From Eledone cirrhosa (Eukaryota): 64,000 nt of DNA. Under the pieces are notes generated by a model, which saw only the letters and a list, made by a program, of their open reading frames with translations, had not been told where the DNA came from and did no database searches. Position numbers and translations under genes: made by a program. The stretch covers positions 131,378,001-131,442,000 of the forward strand of contig OZ024740.1 in the NCBI GenBank assembly GCA_964016885.1, in the 5' to 3' direction. The first letter of the stretch is position 1. Every line of letters starts with the position of its first letter. Shown here piece after piece: positions 26,535 through 40,656 of this stretch.

Positions 26535-28513
26535 TTTCTTTTTAAGCTCTGATTGTATTGAAAACCTGTGCATAGCTTCCTGTATTCGCGCGTATATATT
26601 TTTCCTTTAGGGGAAGGGTTTTATATTTAAAAAAATTCATCATGAGAAAGCATCTTTACGTTTGATGAAATAATAATTCAAAGGGATCACGTTGAAGCTC
26701 CAAGTCACAAGCAGATTAACCTGAGTATTTCGCTGATTCAAGTTTTTATTTTTAAAGTTATTGCATGCCAGTGTATCGAACAACTCCATATCCGAACTGA
26801 CGAGGCTCTGAATTAAAAAAAATAATAGATGAACAATAATGATATACCGACCTACATACAAATGCATGCACACATATATTCAATAGCTTTTTAATGTATA
26901 TTTTCTGACCATCAAACATCTTCTGGCATAAAAATAAAGAAATGCATTACATTAATTAATGTTAAGGTTTTGTGTGATATGTTTCTTTTAAATTATATTT
27001 AGGCATACACTTTACTTCATTATAGATTTTGCTTTAAAACCGTGGTGTAAAATTGTATGAGAACAGATAATGTCTTTAGAATTCCGAAGAAACACAGTCG
27101 TCTACCTTTTCCACTCACACTTTAAGTCGAGAAAACTTAACAATATAGTTTTCTTGTGTTTTATTACTAGGGGAAAGCAACATATACAGATTAGTCTGGA
27201 TGAACAATACATGTTAATATAATTAGCTAAATATTTATTGTGATGCAATAATGAGGATACAAATTATCTGAGAGTCTAGCATCAAACAGAATCTAATATT
27301 TATGCATTCTAAAAGCTTGGGTTAGGAATAAATATGTGCACTATAAATGTTATTGATATGGAAATATTCTTCATTCAATAACAGGTGACGCCAAGCACAT
27401 TTTGGTTGACTTAATTTATATAGCATACATTGTTTCATGTATCTTCCGTAAGGCATTGATTAATATGATGTATATAACTAATTCAAATTCATGCCGTGCC
27501 CATTGATATATATCCCAATAATTTGAATTACTTTATTGGATATATTTGTAAATATTAATACATAGGATATATTTCTATATAACATATTTGATATTAATAA
27601 GGTTATCAACAAAGAGGCATATTATGTTTGACGTTTATTCATTTAAAACAGTTTACAACCTTCTGAAGTAAATATTTATAAAAGGAGAGCCATCTATGTA
27701 CGGTTATTGATAGGGAGACTGCGTATCATCATATAAGTTACCAAAGAGATTATGTAATATATAAGTTACTAAATTAATGAAATAGTCTATTTTGTGGAAA
27801 TAAAGAGAAATTAGTAGTTCCATCATTACACTATTGTGCTGTCCCATAACAAATAAGACAATATTAGTCTGAAAGCCATTGAGCATGATTTATCATCACT
27901 TCAGTCGGTGAATTATTATTAATTATTCATTATGTTCAAATGTTTAAAACATATCCACGCAACCTATATATTATTAACATTAACTACGATGGAGTTTACT
28001 TAACTCGTGAGGAGTATTATGGCTATGTATCAAAATGTAATTTCTAAGATGATAGAACATATTTAAGTGTACAGGTAAGTTATAATAATGAAATATAGCT
28101 GGGATATTTTGAAACGGGTGGTAAATGAAAACTATGCCATTTTGAATAATTTATTTAACATAAATATATGATGCTGAGTATATATTCGCATGTATTCTTT
28201 CACTACAGAGACAGTTATAGTTTTTCACGTGCATATATACATACATACTTTGCCTTCCCACTCGTTACCAAAACTACCTAACGGATGTTTTTGTTTTTCT
28301 TTTTTATTTTCGTTTTTTTTTTTGTGTGACTTTACCGGATATTCCTGCTGTTTCTCCATTCAGATCCTGTCGCTATTTGTAATCATGAAGAAGGGATTAA
28401 GCCCTAGCTGTCGAATTTTATTTTCGTACCTCTTTACAAGCGTGAAACTAATAACTATTTATGTACTTCTGTTTGTTGATTCCTTGATATATATATAGAT
28501 ATATATATATATG

Positions 28514-29235
28514 TACGATATTAATAAATGGAAACTATATTTATAAAACCATATTTATTTCATTATATATATTTCAGGGATACCACATTAAATTATGGTA
28601 TGCCTTCATCAAACAAAATATTATATATAACAGTTTTACAAATAAAGGGTACCTTTAAAATACAACCATTACTTTTGGAGGCTGTCTGGATAGTGATTTG
28701 TTCATATAATAAGTCATAGTGTTAAGCACAATTAGAAAAAGACGGAGAGAAAGAAAGAGAAAAGAACAAAGACAGAGCGAGAGAAAGAAAAGAGAAAGAA
28801 AACCTCTCTCTTTTCTCCATACTTTTCTCTCTCTCTCCGATATTTCTCCAGGTTTTCTTTCTCTTTTCTTTCTCTCTCTCTGTCTTTGTTCTTTTCTCTT
28901 TCTTTCTCTCCGTCTTTTTCTAATTATGCTTAACACTATGACTTATATGAACAAATCACTATCCAGACAGCCTCCAAAAGTAATGGTTGTACTTTAAAGG
29001 GTACGTCAAACCTATTTATAAAATTGTTATATATTGTATTTTGTCTGATGAATGCATACCATAATTTAATGTGGTATCCCTGAAATATGTATAATGAAAT
29101 AAATATGGTTTTATAAATATAGTTTCCATTTATTAATATCGTATATCTACTCCAAAAATGTGTCGAGTGCTTTATATCAGTTATAAAAATATTTACTTGT
29201 TGTATCCCAACAATTTTAAATAGAACTTTTGCATA
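28514..29235. mobile_element. Fold-back PLE pLTR insertion (arms about 290 bp) with two hammerheads
   Basis: 28514-28805 is the inverted copy of 28850-29143; the long arm continues to 29235; HHR at 29038-29100 (+) and 28557-28619 (-, TTGATGA). Confidence 0.85.
29038..29100 (+). ncRNA. Minimal type I hammerhead ribozyme
   Basis: ATTTTGT-CTGATGA-stem II (ATACCA/TGGTAT)-GAAA-TATGTATA-ATGAAAT. Confidence 0.75.
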
Positions 29236-29549
29236 TATATATATATTTATATAGTTCAAGGAGTCAACAAACAGAACTAGATAAATTGTTATTAGTTAAT
29301 TTGTTTAGATAATACTATTGACTGATCAATTGCTTAAGTTTATTTTACAGACTACCCGGTTAAGAGCTTTTTGTGCAGTTTTTGCAATTATTGCATTAAT
29401 TTTACACTTACTGGATTCATCTGCCAAGATCTCGTGTTTTCTCTCTTGAAAAGTTACACACGTGGTTTTACAACTACATACCACTGTGTGATTCTGAACG
29501 CTGTTGGCGAAGTGACAGCCTTGTTTGATCATTATACCAAAAGCTTATT

Positions 29550-29738
29550 GGTGGCTTGGCAGTATCGGTAAAGAGTCGGACACCATACTTTGAAGCATAG
29601 AGTTACGTCCATTTATGATATGAGTTCAAATCCTGCCGAGGTTAACTTTGCCTTTCATCCTTACGGGTTCGATAAAATTAAGTACCAGTAATGTACTGGA
29701 TAATTGCTGGCCTTGTGCCAAAAATAGAAACAATTATT
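29550..29738 (+). mobile_element. tRNA-derived SINE
   Basis: TGGCAGTATCGG, GTTCAAATCC, TTTGCCTTTCATCCTTACGGG, GTGCCAAAAATAGAAACAATTATT. Confidence 0.88.
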
Positions 29739-30710
29739 CTAAGCAAACAGTATAATTGATTTAGGTGTCGCAGAAACTCTGTACTTGACTATGCCATCTT
29801 TTCCAGAAGGGTCCGGGTAAGTATTTCATTTATTTTGTTTGACCTGTTTGGCTTGCCTCGTATTTTTGGCCTAGGTGGTTGATGGCTTCTTGACCGCCAT
29901 CTCAGTTTGTTTGGCCTTTATAACCTATGTTTATTGCTCTCCTATCTATTTGGTCCATGGAGCGTTTGACAACATAACTCGGATATTGCGCTTCGCTTTG
30001 TTGTTCACCATAGCCGAAATAGGAATCTCGATGAAATTATATTTATATAAATATGTATATATATATATTTTTATATAAATATATATATATATATATGTTT
30101 CTCATATTTATTTGTGTGTGTGAGTATGTAGGTGTGTGTATATATTTCTATATTTGTAGCATGCGTATGTATACGTGTATATATGTGTGTATGTATGTTA
30201 ATGTGTGTACGTGTGTATATACGTATGATTGTGTGTTTGGTAAGAATGTATGTGTATGTATATATGTATGTATATGTATGTGTATGTATATATATATATA
30301 TATATATGTGTGTGTCTATATATATGTGGGTGTGTGTGTATGTATGTATATGTATGTTTATGTATATATATATATATGCATGTATATGTGTGCGTGTATG
30401 CACGTTTGTGTATTTGTATGTATGTGTATGTATGGATATGTTGATAATTATGTCTGTATGTATGTATGTGTATATGTATGTGTATGGATATATGTACACA
30501 TATATATGTATGTGTGTGTGTGTGTATATATGTGTGTGTATGTATGTGTGTATGTACATATATATATGCGTATGTATATATGTGTGTCTGTGTGTGTGTC
30601 TTTGCATGTGTGTTTTTATTGTTCCTTTCCTTCTTCCTTTTCCAGCCTCACTTTCATATAGATTATATTTTTGCTTTTAAAATCTAACGCCAATAAATAC
30701 ACCAGGATTT

Positions 30711-30770
30711 TTTCATTCTGATGATTAAAATCAAAATGTTGTGCTTTTAAGAAACCACTGGAGAATGAAA
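30711..30770 (+). ncRNA. Hammerhead in the Naiad 5' pLTR (core intact, cleavage triplet mutated)
   Basis: TTTCATT-CTGATGA-TTAAAA..TTTTAA-GAAA-CCACTG-GAG-AATGAAA. Confidence 0.7.
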
Positions 30771-30983
30771 TAATTGCCTTATGTTGTTTATTACATAACT
30801 ATTAAGCTATGTTACCTACATAGAGCACTCTTTTTTCCTGGACTTTCCCGACGGAATTACTTCATTTATACAGCTCCAGCCGGGTTTGATTGAAGCATAT
30901 TCTATATTACATATACGATTGGCACTTTCCAGCCCGATTATTTGGGCACTCTACAGTTTTCAGGAATTTAACCAACATACACC

Positions 30984-33103
30984 ATGGACCTTTATGAATG
31001 GATTATTCAATCAAAAATATACCTACTCCTTCCAACACAACTTATACCAACATTCTTATAGATAAAATCGAACAAGTCGTTAAAAGAATGAGATGGAAGG
31101 CAATGGTTTACGATGGACTATTCAGTGCTGATACTAATGATTGTTTTCACATAAAATCCCGTAAATATCCACCTAGCATTAAAGACATGGCCAACTTCGA
31201 ATTAGACCTTGTTAATTTAATTAATGATATCAAATTTCGTAAGTCTTATAATAATTTTTAAACTAAGCTGTTTAACGATATTTCTAATTTTAAAAATTCT
31301 ACAAGCACCTTTGTTCTTTCCGATAAAACTAAAAATCTCTTTGAAGTTAATAGTATTTTGTATAACCAACATTTAACTAATAGTATCACCAACAAATATC
31401 AATTAACTAATAATAATACGTACAATACTATTAATAAAGAAGCTAAAGAACTAGCTAGTTCTTTAAAAATAGACAACCACAGTGAAAGACTAGCTAAGCG
31501 TAAAGAAAATATTACCCTTAAAGACCATAAATTAGACTTTACTAATCGACCTAGTTGTAGACTGATTAACCCGGTTAAATCCGAAGTTGGCCTTGCAAGT
31601 AAAAAAATCTTAAGAAAAATAATTCTCCAAATTATAACTAAGACAGTGGTTAAATACTTCCTCTGTTATATCTTGGTTTAATAATATACAAGGTAAAAAT
31701 AAGTGTAGATTTACCCAACATGATATTGTTGATTGTTACCCCTCTATTACTGTTTCCTTATTAACTAATGCCTTAGAGCTTGCAAGACCCTTCATTAATA
31801 TTTCTAAATTAGAAGAAGACATTACCTTTCATGCTAGAAAAACTTTACTCTTTACTAATGAAAATATTTGGGTTAAAAAGTCAAATCCTGAAAAGTCTTT
31901 TGATGTTGCAATGCGTTCATATGACAGTGCGGATGTGTGTGACTTAGTAGGATTATTCCTTCTCCACAACCTCAAAGAGAAATTTCCTTCCCATAATATC
32001 GGTTTATACCGTGCTGACGGATTGGCAGTTTCTCATACCACCAACGGCCATAACCTTGTTAAATTCCGTAAAGATTTAATCAATACTTTTGCTAATCTTA
32101 ACCTTAAAATTACTATAGATACGAACCTTACCAATGCTAACTTTCTTGACATTAATCTTGATCTACTTACCGCCTCTTTTAAACCTTATCATAAACCTAG
32201 TGTAAATATTAGATATATACACAGAGTCTTGCCATCCCCCTATAGTTTTTAAAAATCTTATTCCCAACATTAGCCGTAGGATTTCTACCTTATCTTCGTT
32301 TCTAGACATTTTTAATAAAGCTGCCCCTTATTATAATAAAGCCCTTAATAACAGCGGTTTTATAGAACAAATTTATTATTTACCTACTCCCACCCCCTAA
32401 AACTAACCACAATAATAGGAAAAGGAAAATTATTTGGTTTACACACCTCTTCTCTCTAACTGTCAAAACTAATGCAAGAAGGAAATTTCTTGACTTCTTA
32501 GATAAACATTTTCCTCGTAATCATAGATATTATAAGATATTTAATAGAAACGTAGTTAAGATCAGTTACTCTTGTTGCCCATCAATGTAGTCTAAGATCA
32601 CGAATTCAAATCATACGAAAACAAATCCAGGATGCAGTTGCAGGATGCCGGATGAATGCCCATTACAGGGCAAATGTAACACCAAATCTGTTGTTTATGA
32701 GGCCAACGTGACACCTTTAATCAACAAACAGCCAGCCAGTAGTGAGCGATATGTTGGCATGGCTCAGGACAGGTTTAAAACCACGTTTTATGCACATGTC
32801 GCTTCTTTTAAGCACTCCGATAAACGAACAGCAACGGCCCGTGCAAGTAAGGTGTGGGAATTCAAGGATAAAAACATCCCGTACTCTATCGATTGTTCTA
32901 TTTTAGACCATTCGAGTGAATACCGACGGGGCACAAAGCAATCTCCTTTGTGTACCACAGACAAATATAGGAGTTTGCTAAACTAGAAAGCTACTTCTGC
33001 TTACCTGAACTCAAAGACCGAGATCTTGAAATGTTGTCCTCATCTGAAATCACATCTGATCTGTCACTGGATTGACATTCCTATGATAACTCAAGCACAT
33101 TGA
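30984..33103 (+). pseudogene. Naiad-type RT plus C-terminal GIY-YIG, disrupted
   Basis: YSIKNIP..KRMRWKA, ITLKDHK..CRLINP.KSEVG, MRSYDSADVCDLVG, GLYRADGL (YRDDGL-like), CSCR..ECPLQGKC..SVVYEA..YVG. Confidence 0.88.
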
Positions 33104-33359
33104 ACTCCTTCTCTGCTCTTTACTTCCACTACGGTTATTTTACCTGTTGAATCCACGTTATGTACTCTCGTATTCTCTTTCTCCCTTATCTCCCCTTATA
33201 TTTAAACCTTTTCCCATGTCATTTATTTACCCCCTCTCCCCCCCCCCCTACTTGTTTGCCTTATCCTACATATACCAACATTTTTTTTTATTTTTAGATA
33301 TTAATTTTGTGTTTGTGTGTTGCGTATATGTATGTATATGTGTATATATATATATATAT

Positions 33360-33987
33360 CTAAGGCGGGTAACATTCCCGAGATCCATGGACGAGTTCTC
33401 TCCAGCGGTCTCTGTCCCTCATTATCGCTGCCATGTCCTGCGTCTCCAACAGACCAGTGTCTGTCCTTAGGGCATCAACATACGTTAACCTTGGTCTTCC
33501 TCTTCTAGTGTGTCCATGTAAGGACTCCCAGTGGAGCACTGAGTGCAGTGTCAACTCTGGATGTCGGTGAGCATGTCCAGCTAACCTCAGTCTCCTCTGT
33601 GTCACTTTTGAGCTGACTTTTGGGATGCTCCCATACAGCTCTGAGTTTTTCAACCTCAGTGTATACTGATTAATGTTCAGAGCCATCCTCAGCATTCTCG
33701 TGTAGCACCCATCCACCATCTGAGTGAGTTTCTTGGTCAGTGTCTAAGTCTCAGACCCATACAGCAGCACAGACTCCACTACAGCAATGAAGAGGCTGAT
33801 TTTCAGGTCTCTACGAAGGTCCGACTTCCACACCGATCTCAAGCTGTGGCACGCCTCCAAGGCCTTGCTCTTCCTCTCTCCACATCATCTTCCGTATTCC
33901 CAATCTTTGCTCCCTAATACAGGAGGTCCTCAACCAATTCCAGTCCTCAACCAATATATAGATATATTAGTGAAGCCAGAGGGGATC

Positions 33988-33990
<3 letters not shown>
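33360..33990 (-). mobile_element. RTE LINE 3' fragment inserted in the Naiad UTR
   Basis: AVVESVLLYGSET, VDGCYTRMLRMALN, RRLRLAGH, RGRPRLTYVD; between TA tracts. Confidence 0.85.
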
Positions 33991-34071
<81 letters not shown>

Positions 34072-34111
34072 GTATATATATATATATGTATATATATGTA
34101 TATATATATAT

Positions 34112-34333
34112 GTAAATTTGGATTTAATGCTCTGAAATAGCGATATATATGTGAAGACAAACATAGAATATTCGAAAATATTCTGTATGTTTATAATAAA
34201 CATGTTGGAGACCCAATCGCTATAGAATAGAATACGTCACATACGTGACGTATTCTATTCTATAGCGATTGGGTCTGCAAAATGTTTATTATAAACATAC
34301 AGAATATTTTCGAATATTCTATGTTTGTCTTCA
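34112..34333. repeat. Near-perfect fold-back palindrome (arms 34152-34240 and 34245-34333) with a one-sided tail, in (TA)n
   Basis: Arms are reverse complements around the loop ATAC, with two mismatches. Confidence 0.9.
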
Positions 34334-34517
34334 TATATATATGTGTATGTATATGTGTGTGTATATATGTAATTGTGTATGTATATATATATGTGTGTGT
34401 ATGTACGTCTATATCTATCTGTATGTATATCTATATGTATATATAATCGTATATTATATATTTCTGTTGTATTTGTGCGTGTGTGTGTGTATATATATAT
34501 ATATGTATGTGAGTATT

Positions 34518-34569
<52 letters not shown>

Positions 34570-35208
34570 AATATATGTATGTATATGTGTGTATGTGTGT
34601 AAATATAGATTTAATGTGTGTGTATGGGCGTGTGTATATTTGTGCGTGTATATGTATTTTTTTATATAATGGTTTTGTGTGTATATATATAATAGCCTCA
34701 GAAACGGCTTGAGCTCTGCCGTGGGGTCAGACTTTTTCCTATGTGTGTGTGTATTTCTGTGGTTGTGTGTTTGTGTGTCTGTGTATGTATATATATGTAT
34801 ATCTATATATATATGTGTGTATGTATATATATATATATATGTATATATATATGTATGTATAGGTGTATGTATATGCATAATTACATACTGTGATTTAATG
34901 CTCATTTTCATTGATCTTTTGCTCCAGGAACTTGTTGAGTGCTCTAAATCTGCTAGAAACATTTATACCCTTTTATAAATATATATCATTTTTATTTTTA
35001 TTTTTATATATACAATATTTTTTATATATACAATATTTAGGTTTTTATATATATATAATATTTATGTTCTTTCTCATATATATATATAGTTATGTGTGTG
35101 TGGGGGTGCGTATGTATGTATGCATACGCATGTGTATGTATATATGTGTGTGTAGGTATATGTGTGTATGCGTGTATGTATGTATATGTATGTCTATGTA
35201 TGTGTACG

Positions 35209-35247
<39 letters not shown>

Positions 35248-35379
35248 GAGTTAAACAAGGTTCATATGAATTATCTAAGAATGAGTTTTACAAACACATA
35301 TATATGTGTGTGTTTGTATTTGTATGTATGTGTTTGTGTTATGTATGTATATGTATGTGTATGTGTGTATGTATGTGTA

Positions 35380-35468
<89 letters not shown>

Positions 35469-36313
35469 ATGTATATGTGTGTGTGTATGTATATGTGTAT
35501 GCGTATGTATGTGTTTGTGTATTTGTATATGTATATTTATGTATGAGAGTGTGTGTATGTATTTATTTTTACGTATGTGTGTGTACCTGCATTTCTGTGT
35601 ATTGCTTGCCACGTGTGTTTGTTCATGTATGTGTTGCCTGTATCGCTGTCAACACTATAATAATCTTTATATTCATTTTTTTATTATTATATATTTTTTC
35701 TTATATTTATTTGTGTGTGTGAGTATGTAGGTGTGTGTATATATTTATATATTTGTGCATGCGCATGTATACGTGTATATATGTGTGTATGTATGTGTAT
35801 GTATGTACGTGTGTATATACGTATGATTGTGTGTATGTATGTATGCGTATGTATATATGTATGTATATGTATGTGTATGTATATATATATATATATATAT
35901 ACATGTGTGTGTGTGTATATATATGTATCTGTGTGTATGTATGTATATGTATGTTTATGTATATATATATGCATGTATATATGTGTGTGTGTGTGTATGT
36001 ACATTTGTGTATGTGTATGTATGTGTATGTATGGATATGTTGATATTTATGTATGTATGTATGTATGTGTATATGTATGTGTATGGATATGTGTACACAT
36101 ATATATGTGTGTGTGTGTGTGTATATGTGTGTGTGTATGTAAGTGTGTATGTATATATATATATATATATGTGTATGTATATATTTGTGTGAGTGTGTGT
36201 GTGTTTGCATGTGTGTTTTTATTTTTCCTTTCCTTCTTCCTTTTCCAGCCTCACTTTCATATAGATTATATTTTGGTTTTTAAAATCCAACGCCAATAAA
36301 TACACCAGGATTT

Positions 36314-36374
36314 TTTCATTCTAATGATTGAAAGCAACATTTTATTGCTTTTAAGAAACCACTGGTAAATGAAA
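36314..36374 (+). ncRNA. Hammerhead in the Naiad 3' pLTR (core CTAATGA, GTA site intact)
   Basis: TTTCATT-CTAATGA-TTGAAAGCAA..TTGCTTTTAA-GAAA-CCACTG-GTA-AATGAAA. Confidence 0.7.
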
Positions 36375-36461
36375 TAATTGCCTTATGTTGTTTATTACAT
36401 AAATATATATATATGAAGAGGAAATAAACTTCGACTGTTCGGGCATAAGTCCTTCTTCATG

Positions 36462-36499
<38 letters not shown>

Positions 36500-36504
<5 letters not shown>

Positions 36505-37083
36505 TGGCGATAACAATATATAGTTTGGAATAACAACAACAACACCCAAACAAACAACACTGACCTAAGAGAAGTATAAATAAATAGATAGATACATAAA
36601 TAAATAAATACATACACAATCACAATAACAACAAATATATATAAACACACACTAGTAAAGACAGAATACATTAAGCAATACACAGTCACCCAATCACGAA
36701 CACACATCAAACAAAACACTATACACACACGCAAACGCATGCGCAAAGAAGACACAATTAAAATAAACAAATAAATAAATATATAAACAGACTAAATAAA
36801 ATGGCGTAGAAAATACAATGCAACGGGAGGAAACAATAGCACCACTGACGATGTTGCAGATGTGCAACGAAAGAACTTTGATAAACTATATATATGTGTT
36901 TGTGTCTATATTGTATCTGCATTATTTTTGACCGTTGGTCAGTCAATGGCAACATTGAGGACCGAATAAATTAGATTACCGATATAAAACACACAGAAGC
37001 GAAAAGAGAAAACCAACCAAACAGTGTATGTGTTCTGTTATTAATTCTGGCAATATTACACAAATATGACTCTCCAAAATTAT

Positions 37084-37088
<5 letters not shown>
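36500..37088 (+). mobile_element. Solo PLE pLTR fragment with hammerhead at 36841-36882
   Basis: CTGACGA-T-GTTGCA GATG TGCAAC-GAAA-GAAC-TT-TGA; resembles the reverse complement of the pLTRs at 18922 and 61012 (e.g. CGCATGCGCA). Confidence 0.7.
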
Positions 37089-37182
<94 letters not shown>

Positions 37183-37838
37183 ATAGAACTATACAAACAA
37201 TGCTCGAAGGAAACTAGAGAATTATATATGAAACGATGTAATTGCCAGGTCTTTTCATAATATGAGCAATGCGATTCTATAATATATAGATTTGAAAAGA
37301 AAGAAGTTAATTTGTGAGAAAGATTTAGAGGTGTAGGCACATAAGAGCAGGTCACATGTAAAGAAGTTTATCAATGTAAATCAACTGCTATCATTTAAAC
37401 AACCATATTATTCCTTTACACAAGTTTCAAATGTGTTATTCATCCAAAGTTTTGATATGAAAGTCAATATTTCGCATAATATGTTTCTATATACAAATAA
37501 AGTGAAATCATGCATGAAACTAACACTCTCCGTATTTTGTATCGTGTGGGCTAAAGTAAACTAATTTTAAATCAATGGCATATAATCACCTAATGTTATC
37601 ATTAATTTAAGGGGACATGTTTCTACACACAGATACAATATATACTCATATAAGCTCGATGGTGTCCCTGCATATGTGTACACACACATTTACTTATGCA
37701 TCTTTTGACACACAGATATAGGTGCACATTGTAATACTCACACCTCTACATTCCTATGTACTCACATGCGCATATAGACACGCACACACACTCACACACG
37801 CATACACATTCTCAAACTGACACACACAATATATATAT

Positions 37839-37924
<86 letters not shown>

Positions 37925-38085
37925 GGGTGTGTGTGTGGTTGCCCATGATATTGTCAGTGTGAAAATCCCAGTGTTCGTGGAATTTCAACTTCAATTCTCT
38001 CAATATACATGAGCCGCATAGAACCGCATGGTCGTTATATTATATATTGATCATTATTGTGATTATATATATATATATATATATG

Positions 38086-38409
38086 CAGAGGTTATATTTA
38101 ATTTGTTGGGATTCAACGAGCTTAATATTTTTTTATAACATATATAAAGCACTCAACAGTTAGTGGAGTAAATACACACTATATTTACAATGGAAACTAC
38201 ATTTATAAAAGCATATCTATTTTATTATACATATTTCAAGGGCAACCAGGGCGTATGATGGTGCGCTTTCATCAGATGAAATACAGATTTGTATAAAACA
38301 AATCTGTATTTTATCTGATGAAAGCGCACCATAATTTGCCTTGGTAGCCCTTGAAATATGTATAATAAAGAAATATGGTTTTATAAATATAGTTTCCATT
38401 TATTAATAT

Positions 38410-38412
<3 letters not shown>
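38086..38412. mobile_element. Fold-back PLE pLTR insertion with two intact-core hammerheads (38221-38282 minus, 38309-38369 plus)
   Basis: Centre TACAGATTTGT-ATAAA-ACAAATCTGTA; TTTTAT-CTGATGA-AAG..CTT-GAAA-TATGTATA-ATAAA; same family as 28514-29235. Confidence 0.85.
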
Positions 38413-38464
<52 letters not shown>

Positions 38465-39585
38465 CTCGGCTAAACAAATTAAATTTTATTTGTCATCTAC
38501 ATGTGGCTTGAGCAATGTCTGGCCTCTCGTTCATTAGGATCAAATGTTTTCCTGGAATTGTAAAATACCTACTGATGATTACCGTTTAATTTCTTCACCA
38601 TTTATTTATGTTAACCAACGGTACCATATGGGGATTATGTAAAGTAAGTGATTATGTAATTATAACACTTATTATTCTCTCATGTTTTTCATCTTCAGTA
38701 TAATGTTCTGTTTCACATGATGTCTTGGATTATTAGATTTAATTATCTCATAGAGAAAACATATTCATCATATTATATATAACGGCTTGTTCATTTATAC
38801 ACATACACGCGTACATACACATATACACAATACACAGAAGCTTTTAGTTAGCAGGCGTTCTCGCATGCCTATATATACATAGGAATTATATTTGAAAAAT
38901 GGGAATATCTGTTTAAAAAGGAATCATTTCCTCCCATTTAATCGTTGAAAAATATCCATATCCCAGCAACAAATATTCACATGAAATGCCTCGTTGAAAA
39001 ACCGGAAGAAGTATTAAGAGAATAAGATAGGAAGTCTTTTTTATGATCTTTAACATATCAGTCAATTGCATGAAAATAAATCAATGTCATCCAAGGAAAT
39101 GTCCCCCATGAACAAATTGGTGGAATATTATAAATCTGAGCCATTTGCAATAATTAATGCATGCACTTTTCAAGGGCAGATAATAATACAAAAAAAATTT
39201 AAGAAATCGAAGCTGTTTGTACATGCATATATATACAAACAAACATATGAAAATTACTTTCGTAATCATATTTCCTCTAAGAAGAAAAATAAATACGCGG
39301 GTAAACAAATACAACACAATTACCTTAATAATCACATGGTTACTTCAATATAAAACAATAGACAAAGAAGTAACGAAATTACATATAACATTCGTATCTC
39401 AAATTACGATAGACTGCATACTTGAATGCATCGAAAGAGATCACACCACGCCTTTACAAAAATGTATTACCTATTGCAGATTGCAGACAGATAGAAATGA
39501 CTACCTCTCTATGTACATAGGAAATTCTCCTATATATATCACTATATGTAATTTATACACACACAAACACAAATACCCCCCCCCC

Positions 39586-39620
<35 letters not shown>

Positions 39621-39889
39621 CCGAAGCCCCTGTAGAAAATTGATGAGGACACCCCCCCCCCGTGTTGCTTTCTTCTTATTATCACTCCAATTTAAGCTAC
39701 CTTAACTAGCAACTACATAGCCAATCCTATTCTCTCTCTATATATGTATACACTGGCATACTGGGTCAAAAAATATTGGTTGGCCAGGTGATGAAGGGAG
39801 CTCCCCTACATATAGAATGGTATCATTTAATTTTTATAATGAATAAATAACATTTTCAAAAAATACATAAGATACATAAGGGGAATAAT

Positions 39890-40325
39890 GACCAGAAGTC
39901 GACACTAAATATTACTAATACCTCTAGGAAAGCCATGAATGACACCACATCATTTTAACTTTGATTTTGAAAGTAGGTTTATAAATTATAAATTTTCGAA
40001 ATGCTTGTATAGCTTTCTCGGTGCAGTAGCTGTAGGAATCGTAGACTGGGGTGATCCAGATCTGAAGTTTGAACCTGGTCGGAAGTATGGTTTCCCGGTA
40101 AACCTTTTCAGTTTCTTTCGATTAGTTGTAAAATGAAAACCAGGATTAAGCCCAAAGCCAGGATCTTCACCGTCTCTATTACCAACAGCTAGGCCACAGA
40201 CACAACTTGGAAATCTTATATAAATTCATACTTATAAACCTACTTTAAAAATTGTAAAAAGAAAGTGTTGTGGTGTCATTCTTGTCTTTCTTAATGTGAT
40301 TGCTCCTACTTAAAGTCGACATCTA
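39890..40325. mobile_element. Old MITE/foldback element with long imperfect inverted repeats
   Basis: GAATGACACCACA...AAAGTAGGTTTATAA (about 39937-39984) mirrors TTATAAACCTACTTT...TGTGGTGTCATTC (about 40232-40281); AGTCGAC near both ends; the left end recurs at about 41097-41125. Confidence 0.55.
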
Positions 40326-40565
40326 AATCATTTGGGTGCTCCATGAACTACATCCTCCTTTTGTTTTCACATCTATCTAGACTATATTTTAACGTGTAAT
40401 CCATGTTTCATTTCTGTTGAACATCACACCCCTCTCCCTCTCTCTGATATGTGAATCTATTATGATTTGGGATTACTTCATTCATATATCTACATTTTTG
40501 CATATCTGATTCAAACTTACAATGATTGGCACTATATATATATAATTGTTCCATTAACATTACAA

Positions 40566-40656
40566 GGGGTCTGACGAGCCACGCACGGACTACAGAGTCG
40601 TGTCAGATCGATACTGATCTAACCTTGAGCTGATCAGTGGCGAAACACGCTTCACC
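40566..40656 (+). ncRNA. Type I hammerhead-like motif with branched stem II insertion
   Basis: GGT-CTGACGA-GCCAC...GTGGC-GAAA-CACGCTTC-ACC, followed by AATAAA at 40661. Confidence 0.6.

Larger units (their letters stand above)
30100..36402 (+). mobile_element. Naiad-type Penelope-like element with direct pLTRs containing microsatellite-like DNA and an HHR
   Basis: Direct repeat 30100-30798 and 35699-36402 flanks the ORF and a long TA/TG-rich UTR; secondary insertions inside. Confidence 0.82.

Noticed and set aside
29550-29640. tRNA gene
   Set aside because: The A and B boxes belong to a multi-copy SINE head; no cloverleaf.
30984-33103. Selenocysteine recoding, reported for some Naiad elements
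   Set aside because: The Cys positions I could read use TGC/TGT (one is TCT); the stops I saw are TAA/TAG or frameshifts, and I found no SECIS.
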